From contig NC_045696.1 of assembly GCF_009834535.1 (NCBI RefSeq), positions 52,082,001 through 52,146,000 of the forward strand: a DNA stretch of 64,000 bases. Direction: 5' to 3'. The notes under the pieces are model-generated. The model saw only the letters and a program-made list of their open reading frames with translations, was not told the DNA's origin and searched no databases. The translations under genes were made by a program, and so were the position numbers. Source of the stretch: Camelus ferus (Eukaryota). Shown one piece after another: positions 27,167 through 39,538 of this stretch. The first letter of the stretch is position 1; every line of letters begins with the position of its first letter.

Positions 27167-27494
27167 AACCCCAAAGATAAAGAGTAAAGACAGATTATTT
27201 ATACAGGAAACTCAACTAAATGGGTAGTTGACTTCTCAACAGCAACAATGGAATCTGGAAAACAGTGGAATAGTATCTTCAAAATATTATGGAAAAAAAG
27301 TAAGTACAGTGATTTACATATTCAACTGAACTGCCATTAAAAATTATGAATAAAGTACATTTTCAAATGAAGATCAAGAGTTTACCTATCAGTGCCCTTC
27401 ATTACAAGAGTATAAAAATATGAATTAGTAAAAAGTAAATTTAACCCAGAATAAAGAGTCAGATGAAAAAACAAATGGGAAAGAAGAAGACTGG

Positions 27495-27700
27495 CAGTGG
27501 TGTACTGGTAAATATTCAACAAATGATTCTTCCAAAAAAAAAAAAATCCCAGAGTTGTAGTGTTTGCTGATTTCTAGTATGTAAATACTCCCACCATGGC
27601 CAATTTCAGACTACAAACATAATGTCACTGAATGAGGAGCCAGAAAGAAATACACACAATCAGCTTTTGCCCATCAACGTAAGTTAGCTTTAGCACACTG
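27495..27700 (-). mobile_element. MER63A-like hAT DNA transposon MITE
   Basis: Termini cagtggtgtactgg / tagcacactg; internal gtaaatactcccaccatggccaatttca and atgtcactgaa. Confidence 0.85.
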
Positions 27701-29569
27701 GAAATTAAAAGAATTAAAATTTTTACTATAAAAATTAAATTATACCAATTATTAAATGTGATGTAACAACAAGCTGGATCTAAAATATTAGACAAAACCA
27801 ATATGTAGGATGTGGCAGGGGTGATTAAAGATAAAGTGTTTAACATTTTTACACTGTTTGAAAGGAGGCTAGATATACTAACACTGTCAAGTCAGATAGG
27901 ATTATAAAATATTTAAAGGTAATCACTAGTTTTTTAAAAATGAAACTAAAATGAACAATTTAAAACTAATAGAGGGGTGAAAGGAACTTAAGAAAATTCA
28001 ATACAACAGTAAGCAGCAAGAACAAAAAAATTTAAGAAGTATAGTAAATAGAAGACATGGAATAGGATTTTGGTAATTAAACATATAAGTAATCATAATA
28101 AATACATAATTAAATTTCTGGTTAAAAGTGAGCAACAGTCTGAATTTTAAAAAGTCCAATGACATGCTGTTTATGAGACTGCAAAAATGTAATGTTTGAA
28201 AGTATAGAAATGGTAAAAATGTGGTATCTGTATTGATGTCTGATAAAATAGGTTCTAAGTAAAAAGCATTATTAAAAATAAAGATGGTCATTAAGTAATG
28301 AAAATGAAACAAATTATAAGCAAGGTGCAATAAACTGCCCCTAAACATCTAATAGCATAGAAAAAATATGTAAAATGCAAACAGCAAAATTCTCAATCAT
28401 AAAGAAGATTTGATCATTTTTCTATTATTAATTATAAGAGTAATAAGCAGGCAAAAAAAAAACAAAAACAGTGCTTATTTAATAAGGCAGGTCTAATTAA
28501 CAAAAGTAAGGCCCTGCACATAAGAATTATAAGATGCACATATCTTTCAAGCACACATGAAAAACTTACAAAAATTGACTCTATATCAAGCCACAAAGTA
28601 AGTCATAAGATATACTAAAGAATTAAAATCATTATATCATCTCTTCTAATAACAATTAAATCTATACTCTAATAATAAAAATATGTTCCTGCTCCACCCA
28701 AATCTCCAATAACTGGAATTTTAAAATTACAACTTTATATAAATTATAGGCCAAAAACTAATGAAATTTTGAAAGTTAGAAAATATATAGAACTCAGTGA
28801 CAATGAATACAATCCATTTCAAAACTCAAGGAATGCAGCTAAAGCAATTCTTTTGGCAAAATGTACAGCTTTAAATTTATATGTTAAAAAGATATGACTA
28901 AAATAAAGATTACCAAGTTAGAAAAGGTACAATAAAGTCAAAACAAAAATTTAGAAAGCAGGACAAAATAATATCAGAAATAAGTGAAATGAGAAACAGA
29001 CACAAAGACAGTCAACAAAATGAAGCACTGGTTCTTTGAAAAGACTAATAAAATAGATAAATCACTGGGAAGGTTTATCATAAAAAGAAGGTACAAATAA
29101 ATAGAATTTTTTAAAAAAATAACAAATCTGTCTGGAGATTTAAAACAATTACTGAATACTATGAATAACTTTATGCTATTTATTTGAACTAATTATTCAA
29201 GCTATTTTAAAATTTAGTTGAAAGGACATTTTTGTTGAAAATATAATTAGCTTGAGAGGAGCTAGAAAACCTGAATAGACTATTATAAAAAAAAATCACC
29301 TAAGCAGTTAGAAATCAACATAAATACACACACATACACAGACACATATACACAAATACATACTAGGCCCAAATACATTTAAAGGCAACATTTAATAAAC
29401 CTTCAAAATCCAGTTATGGTCTGTTATAAAAACTGTATTGCAGAAAATAAGAAAGCATCTTAACTTATTAAGACTATTAAAAATTCATATAAAAATCAGA
29501 AAATAGCACTATAAGAAAGGGAAATTTTTTGGAATAATAAGGATTAAGAGATACAACCAAACAAAGAAC

Positions 29570-29830
29570 ACTGAGAAAAAAAGAAGTAACAAGAGTTATC
29601 ATTTATTTAACGTCTACTGAGTACTTTGCTAAGAGTTCTGGATATATAATTTAACCTGTACATCATCCATGTGAGGTTGTACTCTTTATTATCATTTTAT
29701 AAAGGGAGAAATTGATGTACAAAGAAAATAAAACTGGCTTAAGGTCACAGATTTAATAATTGACAGAGCTTGATGTTAGGAGACTAATGCCTATTACTTA
29801 AACACTGCACACTATTGTTTCCTAATCTTT
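29570..29830 (-). mobile_element. MIR SINE
   Basis: catccatgtgaggttgtactctttattatcattttataaagggagaaattgatg...aaggtcacag. Confidence 0.75.
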
Positions 29831-29879
29831 TAAAAAATATTCAAATAGAACATTATAATATCTATATAACACTAAATAT

Positions 29880-31190
29880 AATTTTGATTGCAATATTATT
29901 TTTGTCTTTCAACAATTTTGCTATGATATTCTTAGGTATTATTTTCTTCAAATTTATTGTGTCTGGGGTTTGCTAAACTTTTTGAAACTATGTATGTCTT
30001 TCACAAAAATTAGGAAGGCTTTACCTTTATTCTTAAAATATTTAAATATTTTTCTGCCCATTCTTATTCTTCAATTACCTATATGCTAGATGTTTTAAAA
30101 TTGTCCTTCAAGCTTCTGAGTTTCTGCTTATATTTTCCATTTTTTCTCACCCTTTTTTTAGATTAGATGAATTCTATCAATCTATCTTAAGATTACTGAC
30201 TTTTCCTTCTGCACCTCCATTATGCTATTAAGCCTATTCAGTGATTTATTTACTTTAGATAATATATTTCTCTGTTCTAAAATTTTCCTTTAGTTCTTTA
30301 CATAGATACATATTTTTAAATTTCTCTGTTGAGATTCCTGTCTTTTTATTCATATCAATCATATTTTCTTTTACTTCATTCAGCAGTTGCAATAATTGCT
30401 CTAATTTTCTTCTTGGATAATTTTAATATCTGAATTATTTCAGAATTATTATCTGTTGATTTTCTTTTCCTTTGAGAAAGGCTTATAGTTTACTGGGGTT
30501 TTTTTTGTTTTTTGGTTTTTTTTTGGTAGTTTTGTTTGTTTGTTTGTTTGTTTTTGTATTTGAACTAATTTGGGGTCTTATCTTAGACATTGTCAGTGTT
30601 AATTGTGAATACCCTGGATTCTGTTATACAGAGCCAGAGAGTGCTGGTGTTTTTGTTTCAGCAAGTCATTAGCCTGGCTAGCCTCAAACAGCAAACTCTG
30701 TCCTATTCAGATCTCAGTTTGGATTGCTCTCAGTCTGCCCTATGCATGTGTTGTTCAGAGTCCAGCTAAAGACTTAGGCAGAGTTTTTATACAGAATTTC
30801 AGTTTCCCCATCTCTGTCTCTCCTCTTTCTTAAGTGACCCCTCACTCTCTGGCATCCCTGTTCCTTTCCATGTTCTCCAGTCTAAAAGCAGTGGACTTTC
30901 TTTTGAAGGTTAGTTGCCCTATTTTGACACTACAACTGCATATACTCTCAGGAAAAGCCACAAAAAAATGTGAAACTCACCCTGCCCCATACCAGTTACT
31001 TAATACAAGTAGCAACTCCCCTCTGAAATCTTCCTACAACAGTTCATTCTCCAAAATGCTCATATCATTGTATTATATTTTGTTCGTTTTGCTTTGGTTT
31101 TGTTTTTCATCAGAGTTTATAGTTGTTATTTGTAGGTGGGCTGTTTGATTAGAAGTTTATTTCTCCATACCAGAAGTAACACATATATTG
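29880..31190 (-). mobile_element. Old L1 (L1M) 5'UTR/ORF1 fragment
   Basis: T-rich antisense ORF1-like sequence (tctatcaatctatcttaagattactgac...ctattaagcctattcagtgattt) followed by 5'UTR-like sequence. Confidence 0.65.
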
Positions 31191-31192
31191 AT

Positions 31193-31415
31193 TTTTTTAA
31201 ACATTTTTATTGATTTATAATCATTTTACCATGTTGTGTCAAATTCCAGTGTAGAGCATAATTTTTCAGTTATACATGAACATATATATATTCATCGTCA
31301 CATTTTTTTCTCTGTGAGCTACCATAGGATCTTGAATATATTTCCCTGTGCTATACAGTATAATCTTGTTTATCTATTCTACATTTTGAAATCCCAGTCT
31401 ATCCCTTCCCACCCT
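31193..31415 (-). mobile_element. Young 5'-truncated cetartiodactyl-type L1 3' end
   Basis: Reverse of 3'UTR also seen at 51.9-52.1 kb (ttccctgtgctatacagtataatcttgtttatctatt; aatcattttaccatgttgtgtcaaattcc). Confidence 0.85.
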
Positions 31416-31629
31416 ATATTATGATTAATTCTGGGAAGAGAAGGATCTAAATAGGTACCAAGAAATACAGATAAAAATTGGAGTCAGTGGGCTAGAAACA
31501 TGTCACTTGCTTCTAGAAGAGGCCTAAATAATAACACAGGTAGAAAGGAATAAATAAAATGGATAATAAGTAAATTAAGTAAATGCAAAGAAATATGTAC
31601 CACCAGATGGCTTTGAATGCAGGTGAAAT

Positions 31630-31648
31630 TTATATATTTATATATAAA

Positions 31649-31679
<31 letters not shown>

Positions 31680-31715
31680 ATATATGTGTGTGTGTATATA
31701 TATATATACACATAT
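31630..31715 (+). repeat. (TA)n/(TG)n compound microsatellite
   Basis: tatatatatatatatgtatatatgtgtgtgtgtatatatata... Confidence 0.95.
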
Positions 31716-32279
31716 ACCCATACACAAAATTCTCAAAAGTTTTGGAAGTGGAAAAAATGTCAGTCAGATGTCTCAAGACCAACACCCTTCATCAGATCCC
31801 AAAACCAAAGTAGGGGGGAAAAAAAGAAACATTAAAGAATTTCTGTCCAAGATTCTTTGCCAAGATTTACAGTAGCCCACAACACATCTCAAAGCTTGAA
31901 AAACTATCTCACGAACTGGCAATGATTACATTTGCAAATAAATTATATTTTCTAAATTAAAATAAGCACACACTCAATGTAAAATATTTTTTAAATTGAA
32001 GCTAAAGCACATTTGCTTTAGAGATGAAAATAGGGCCCATATATTTCCATCATTACAAGTTCTGTTTTCAGATCTTGATGCATTACAGGTTATGACAATA
32101 TCAGATAGTAAGGAAAAAATATTATTTAAAACTCAGAAAGAATCTAGTCTCTACAAGATATATCATTGGAAATAATTCCATTATACATTTTTCTCCTTTG
32201 GTATGCCTCTGGATTTAATTCCATCAGGTTACAGTGAAAAACACTGCCTCAACCCACTTCAGCCATCAGAAGATATGGT

Positions 32280-32400
32280 TCCACTATTAAGTAGCTGTGG
32301 GACCTTGGGCAAGTCCCTTCACCTGTCAGGGCTTCAGTTTACTCCAGTGAAATATGAGGCTAGGAAGTTTTCTACTTTCCAATTGTAGAATTCTATGACT
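32280..32400 (+). mobile_element. MIR3-like SINE
   Basis: tagctgtgggaccttgggcaagtcccttcacctgtcagggcttcagttt...gtgaaatatgagg. Confidence 0.75.
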
Positions 32401-34708
32401 AAATAAATAGCCTGGTATCTGGACTCTTAAATGTTTGAAGCCTTGTCGTATGATTTTTGCAAAACAGGTCTGGTAAATTCCTCGGACCTCAGATCCACGG
32501 AAAAGACTTTAAGAGAGATAGATTGTCCTTTTCAGAAAAGTAATAAAATAAAATAAAAAAGATGTGGCTTCCACATACAATCTCAAGTAAATCATCAACT
32601 GACACCAAAAGTTGTCATTTCTTTGGAGAAAAGAAGCTTGTTTACATCAGCACTTCAGTTGAGTAGGATAATTTTGTGAATGGTGCGTTAAAAATAATTT
32701 TAAGTTTGAAGATTAAATAGTTGGACATTTATTACGAATTTCAAGAAAAAGATGCTGCAATATTGTTTAAGATTCTGAGAACTTTATATCTATCTTCTTA
32801 TAAAAACTCTGCTTAGAAATAAAACAACCTGATCAGTAGTACAATGCTGTTTATAACTACTTGAATACATTCATTCAAGTAAACTTAATAAATATTTATT
32901 AAGCACTTGGTTGTTACAGGGTGCTGTACTGTTCACTGGGAGACACATGCATGTAAGCAAGAGTTTTGTATCTGCCTTTAGAGAGTTTGTAACCTTCCAG
33001 AAGAAATACATACCAAAAGACATACATACATAAACAATAATAGTATGTAGCAGGAAGAGGTAAATACTATGAACAGAAAGAGTCCTGCGCCTCAGGCTTT
33101 ATTCCCTGCAGGGAACTAAGGCAGCAGGGGTCGCACTCCAGGAGGTGGACAACCACACAGCATGCAGGACACTCAGAGATAGCCAGGGGAACAGGAGACA
33201 GAGGAATGGCTAGAGGAACCTGAAGAAGCAGGGCAAAGTGGTGGACCTAGAGGACAAGTAGTCAGTTGAAGATCTAACAAGTGCCTGCCAGGATGATGAG
33301 ATCTAATTCCTGGGCCAAAGGCCAGGATCCAAAGATGATTCTGTGCAATGGGAAGTTGAGAAGGGAGAGCAATGGAGTGAATATTGTTATGGGAAGAAGA
33401 ATGTTCCAAGTTAAGGAAATATCAATAACAAAATTATACCAGAAGGAATTTTGAGTTTTTTCCTAGTTTTCCACCTCATGCACATGTCAATATAAGCAGA
33501 AATTATCTGAACAAGTAATAATTTCTATCAGTTTACAAATTCTAGCAGGCTAAATTAAACCTGTAGATGAGGACAAAATTACTTTCAAGTTCCTGTTTAC
33601 AACTTTCTACCCGCTAAAACACTATTTATATAGTCCCTATGTGCAACTCAGTTGCATCCTTTCTAAATTACTCTATTTAAGTGTGAAATGGTTGGAATCA
33701 AATATCACTGGTCTTCATTTTGTTTAAAAGGATAGTAAGAATGAATTAACCTATAATCACACTGATGACAAGAATAAGAATTTTAACTCCTTCCTTTGAA
33801 ATGAAGAGACAAATAAGTTAGCCAAGAGCTTACAAGTTTAATTTACAAATAACAAATATCTACAAACATAAATTATGTTGTGAAAATTTCACTTATTTTT
33901 ATTTGAATATAACTGCAATCTTTTGAATATCAGTTTTAACAAAATAAATAGGAGTGCAACAGAGTTCAGATGAAGCTTATTTCTTGCCAAAATCCATATG
34001 AATGCCAAATACCTTCCAAGCAGATTGGCCACTTAGTACAAATGAATCCTCTTGCCTTCTGTTTAAACTAAAAAAAAATTTCCTTGTATTGAGTACTTAT
34101 CACTAAGTTACAGTCTCCCACATCACTGCTTAGCAATGAACAAGAACTGAGGGAGATAAGACTGAACACTTTAGGCCACAAGGGTACATACAGTAGACCT
34201 CATGTGTTATGCTTCTTCACAAATAAGCTACAACAGTAAAAAGAGGAGCCACTTTATGCTTTGCCTGTGAATCTTAGAATACAGGATAGAGGAAGGAGGA
34301 ATGGGAGAAAGGGAACATCAACAGTTATACCCTGCATGAAGCGAGGCACTTAGCAGTTTACAACTTAATCCCATCACAATCAAATGAGGTATTAACACCA
34401 TGTAAGGTGTGGAGTTCAAAAGGGATAAGTTACTTTTGTGGTGTATCATGTATCACCTAACTGGTGACACCATGAATTGACTCTAATTTGATTGTGAAGC
34501 TTCTGTTCTTTCTCTTTTACTTTTATTTTTGTTTACGTCCCAGTGTTTTTTTTTAATAGCATACTTCCTTAGAATTGCAGCTCTGGTAGGCAGATTCCCC
34601 TCAAACTGTTTTGAGGTGAACCTGTTTGCCAGGGTCTGTGTACTGATTGTGTTGACAGCCACCTTCTCTGTGGATCATCATAACACAACAAACTGAAGCA
34701 GTATTTAC

Positions 34709-34760
34709 CTAATGTACAAACCAAAGAATTGATTTCAAAAGGGGTGAGTCTTACTACCAT
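34709..34760 (-). CDS. Candidate alternative first coding exon (MVVRLTPFEINSLVCTL+G, phase 1)
   Basis: Minus strand GCCACCACCATGG Kozak context, 17 codons plus 1 nt, then TAG|gtaaat donor; not matched to a known protein. Confidence 0.3.
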
Positions 34761-35109
34761 GGTGGTGGCAGCAATCTGTCCAAAGGCTGATTAATGAAAT
34801 TTTGTCTTTTGCTTTTCCGGTTTCTGCTCCTTGGAGTCACCAAAGGACACTCTATCATTGCTAGACCTACAACCAGTCTCCTTTTCTTCAAGGCTTTTCT
34901 CCCTGCTAAATTTAACATCCCTAGTTCTCCGATATCACAGAAACTATCAGGCCACAGGCCTCTCGAATTTTCTGCTCTTTGAACCCTTTTAACATTGTCT
35001 TTCTCACCCAGGCAAACCTCACAACCCACTTATTCTTTCCTCTTTATTCTGTTACTAGTACTCTCAATTCACTTCCTGGTTTTCCTCTGTCTCATTTACC
35101 AAGCTCTTT

Positions 35110-35990
35110 TGGTTAAGATTCTGAGACAAGAATTTCATGCAAATAGTTTATCTGGGAGATGATCCCCAGAAACTAGTGAAGGAGAAAAGTGAGGCATAGA
35201 AGGAAATGAGAGACTTGGCAAAGACAGCCAGCACTGGCTCTAGATCCCTGTTCTTGTATGCTGCCCCACCCATCAAGAGACAGAGTTTGTCTCCCTGATC
35301 TTGAATCTGGGCTGGGCCTATACCTTGTTTTCACTATTAATTGCAGAAGTCACACTGTGCCAGTTCTGAGCCAAGGCTCAGACAAGAAACCATGAGGCTA
35401 AAAAGAGGCTGGGACAGACCCCAGCTATTCCACCCTTTGCACTGAGGCCTCACACTTGTAAGTGAAGCCATTGTGGACATTCCTGACCCAGACAGGCTCC
35501 TAGTCAAGTACAGCTACTGGTATTACTAGGCAGAGCAGAAGTCCCAGTTAAATCCAGCCACCCCATAGGAGTGTGAGAAACAATAAACCTTATGGTTTTA
35601 AGCAACTAAGTTTGGGGGTAGTTTGTTACACATCCATAAATAAAACAGATAGGAAGTCAATAAGACATGCATTTATTAAGCAACTACCTCTATGGTAAAC
35701 TGGGGCTCCCTCTTATTGGGCTAGTCTAGGAAACTACAGAACCTGTCTCAGAGTTATCTCACATAAAGGGTGAAGATGCTAGGATATTTATTCACTAACT
35801 TGCTACCTTTCTTAAAGCTTCTTCTAGTGACATTAAATCTTTGGCACTTAAAGCCTACCCAGCACTTGAACCAAACTGGCTCAATATCCAGAAAAAAAAA
35901 AAAAAAGCCCTCAAACAGAAAGTCACAGTATCAGCCATGAGAAGTCTTTACAGACAAGTGATCAGGAGAAACAGGAAGAGCACCAACATC
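35110..35990 (-). mobile_element. LTR33-like ERVL LTR, split by an MLT1 insertion
   Basis: gattctgagacaagaatttcatgcaaatagtttatctgggagatgatcccc (left part); ctcagagttatctcac...gctaggatatttattcactaact...aaagccctcaaacag (right part). Confidence 0.65.
35207..35651 (+). mobile_element. MLT1G/H-like solo LTR nested in LTR33
   Basis: cccatcaagag...cttgaatctgggctgg...gcagaagtcacactgtgccagttctgagcc...ttttaagcaactaagtttggggg...tttgttacac; TSD ggaaa/ggaag. Confidence 0.8.
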
Positions 35991-35999
35991 GAGGCAGAC

Positions 36000-36830
36000 C
36001 CGATCCTGGAGCAGTCCAGCTATCTGCCTTCTCCATTCCTAGATTTCAGAAGCTAAAGAGAGTCTCACAAACTCACAGACTAACCACTACTCATCCTCAG
36101 TCTCCACACTTACTTGGGCTCTAAATGTCGCTTAACAATCCTTCCAGGTTTCCCTGATCTTTCTACTTCTGCATATGACATCTATTTCAAATCTTCCCTT
36201 TTTCCCAAAATCTTCTAGTCCACCTGTCCCCTTTCAGAATCTGCAGCCAGTGAGAAAATAAAATAAAGGCCACATATCAACTTTTTTGGTACCTCACTTA
36301 CAAACAACTGCATTCACACCCTTCCATTTCTCCTTCCCTATTAGTCCCACAGGAAAGAATCAACCTCTCTCCAGCATTAATCCATCCACCTCTCCACAAC
36401 TGGAGGCCCCCGCCTTAGGGTTTTTGCCCCTCTTATGTAATTGCCCCTGTCAGTCTCTATTAATGCAGGAATCTGGTTGGGCCATTGGTCTACTAAAATC
36501 CTACACACTGTTCCTATTGCCTGAAATGTACTCCCCCCACCTCCCTAGATTCCTACTGGAAAACTCTTCATCCTTTAGATGTCGGTTGACTGGTATGGCT
36601 CCAGGAAAGCCTTCCCTAACCTTGCCAGTTCCCAAATCTAAGCTCACCTCCTCACAGCGACTCGTTCTGTATTAAAATTGCATGTTCCCTTTCCTGATAT
36701 TCCTCCTTTCTCTCCCATTGAATGTAAGAGCCTCCAAATCAGGTCTTTGTCTTATGAGTTTTGGAGCCACAGTCTCTATGCTTAGAACACAGTTGGCATT
36801 TAATAAATATTTACTGAATAAATAAATGAA
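36000..36830 (+). mobile_element. L2 LINE fragments with 3' end
   Basis: ctgttcctattgcctgaaatg...ccaggaaagccttccctaacc...cacagttggcatttaataaatatttactgaataaataaatgaa. Confidence 0.7.
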
Positions 36831-39084
36831 CAGGATCCTCTCATTCTCTCCTCACCATCCCAGAGTAGTGAAAGCTGTATGTGGGACATTATCATACTGT
36901 AGCCCTTTCTTTTACCACTCTCTTTGTTTCCTTTTAATCTGCTATAAGATATGATACTACGGCCTTTTTCAGTTTGCATGCAGTTTAGTCAAAAATAACA
37001 GAGCAAAATACACTTGCTTAGAATCCATCGCTAACTTGGAACTTTTTGTTTTGTTAAATACTATGAAGAAACAGACTTCAACACTGACTGGATTCTAAAA
37101 TGGAATTCATATTTCTCAACAAAAATTCAGAATTTCTTAACTTTTAGAAGAACGTTTATAGGCAAAAAAGGCATACTTCTCTACTCAGAGTGAGTTGTCT
37201 AAGAAACTGTTTCTAGAAATGTAAAACTAATTCCTATTTTGGAAGTCAGATCGATGGGCTTATCGACATCTTTTATAGGTATGGCTTTCACTTTCATCAA
37301 GAAATGAGCGGTCAATTTTAAGGGAAATGAAAAAAAACAACTTGGGTTTATGGTCACTTCTGAGCCCTACTACCCAGTCCTACAGTCTTCTTAAACCATA
37401 TCCCAGATTCTCTGGGAAAGGTTTTGGAACTAAGAAATATACTTCTTTGCCCCCTCCTTACCACATTCTAAGCAACTGAGGAATGTGGAACATTTTAAGC
37501 CTTTAATGTAATAATAATCCCACTGCTTTAGGATGCCTAAAATCTGCTCAGAGTGATTTCCCCTGCCCTCTTCCCCACCATTGCCACCTTTTGGAAGAGG
37601 TGAGGGAGGGGAGGTGGCTTTTAAAAGCTGGTCTTCGGGGAGATAAGGACATTGAAATTCCACTCCAATTATTTTTCATTTCCAGCTACTTCAAATCCTG
37701 AATACATGTGATATTATGAAGTCTTTGTGTTCTCTACTAAAAACAATCTTCTAATTAAGATTTTAAAAAATTTAGATTAAAGCAAAAATGCAGAAAAGAA
37801 GGGTGAAATCATATTAGCAAGCCATCTGAAAAGCTTTATCTTTTATAAAACTTGGTAAAATGTAGGAAGAAGAATGTTTCCCAGTCTGTTTTCTTGGTAT
37901 GTGGATACCTGGGACATAATTCAGTTTTTCATTCCCTGTTCCCAAATCAGCTCACTGTTCAGCTCTATCTTCAGTCTGGCATATAATTACTTCTTCAGCT
38001 CCTGTGCTATTTGGTTTTAAGCACCTCTTACCCTCAAGGCCTCATGGCTCTAAGGGCTTGTTGAATTTAAACAAGCACATTTAAATCTTTGTCTTTAAAT
38101 GAGTAAAATAAAAGTCTTAACACCTAACACAGAGTACTCTTCTATCTACCTACACTCTAAATGTGCATGCTATAATTGTCTACCAGATCATAATGAGCAT
38201 CTATCCATCCTCAAAATCAGAGAAAGGAGGACTCATTCTAGAGGTAAATTTATAATAAATGGTCTTATTCTTGATTAGCTGTGTGTGTTTGGGGACATAA
38301 AGATTGGCACCTGCATAATTTAACTACCTAATAAGTATCAGATGATCAGGGACTCCTTGGAAATAAAGATGTGAAAAAGATAGTGGAGGGAAAACAAAAG
38401 AAAAAAAAAGATTACTAACAGAATAAAATGATATATACATAAATAGATAGATAGATAGACAGACAGACAGTAGAGGAATTTTAAGCCTTACCTCTTATCC
38501 AACAAATCCTGCACACTTATACATACCTGCTACTCATGCCTGTACATGCATATACACATGTGCACACACATATTTTAATTACAGAAATGTTAAAACTATA
38601 TGCCTTTCCTGGAGACATATAGGAGGCCTGGATTCTACTACTGTTGCTGCTGGCAAATCATAAATAATATCTAAGGTCTTAGTTTAGGCTTGCATAAATA
38701 AATGATCATGATATTTGTTCTACATTCTTTTTTACCCCAACTACTGGTAAATAAGTATTGGATGAGAGTCTCATTCAAATACACTGCCAAAAATGCAGCA
38801 AAAAGAAGTATGATAATTATGACTATGAATTATAAGAAAAGTTTCTCACTGAAAAGATAAATTTTAATAGATCATAAATGGAAAAAAGGATATTTAACCT
38901 AATGAAGGAAATAGAAATTTTTTAAATGGAATACCATTCTTTCACCTATCAAATTAATAAAAATTTTAAAAAGAAGAGAAAAATCTAGTTTTGAAAAGCT
39001 ACACTGCAGTAGGGGTGTAAACTAATACAAAGTTTTTTGAAAGAAAATTGGACACTATGTATCAAGAGCTTGAATAATGATTAT

Positions 39085-39538
39085 ATGGGGTGTCAGTTTA
39101 GGTCCTCTAGTGCCAAGACCGGTTGGTTGTGTGGAGATATTTATTGGGGGAATAACCTGTGAGTGATAAAGGGGGAGGGGCTTAGGCAAGGAGAGTGCTC
39201 AGACCATGATGCAAATCTGACACGCATGAAAGGAGAAGAAGGAAGAGCTTCACATGCAGAGGAGTTCTGACACAGTTTCAGCCAGTTTGCTGGGGAGTCC
39301 TTGAGCCAAAGCTGTCACTTAGAAGAATCTCATGTTGCGTAGGGATGTCTCAGTTCTGGTACTCCTGATATTTTCCTGGGCTAGGAGCAGCCCAGGAGAA
39401 GCACAGCTTCCATATGAATGCCTGAGTGCTGTGGTGGATCCAAGGGTGTGGCAGCTGGAGGCTGTCAATCATCTATGCTCTCCACAACAGTCTCTTTTGA
39501 AAGGAGATCTAAAAAAGAAATCTCCATGGCCAGCATAT
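39085..39538 (-). mobile_element. LTR16-like ERVL solo LTR inserted in an L1ME fragment (38880-39960)
   Basis: atttattgggggaataacctgtgagtgataaagg...cagaccatgatgcaaatctgacac...ggtggatccaagggtgtggcagctggaggctgtca. Confidence 0.75.

Larger units (their letters stand above)
25800..29560 (+). mobile_element. Old degenerate L1 (ORF1 and endonuclease/RT remnants), interrupted by an LTR and MER63
   Basis: gacttctcaacagcaacaatggaatc...aaacagtggaatagtatcttcaaa (ORF1); ctggttctttgaaaagactaataaaatagataaa (ORF2 WFFEK.NKID motif). Confidence 0.75.

Noticed and set aside
27998..28348. 116-aa hydrophobic ORF (and similar F/L/I-rich minus-strand ORFs)
   Set aside because: Antisense reading of A-rich decayed L1 sequence
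31484..31875. Overlapping Y/I-rich ORFs
   Set aside because: Artefacts of the (TA)n microsatellite
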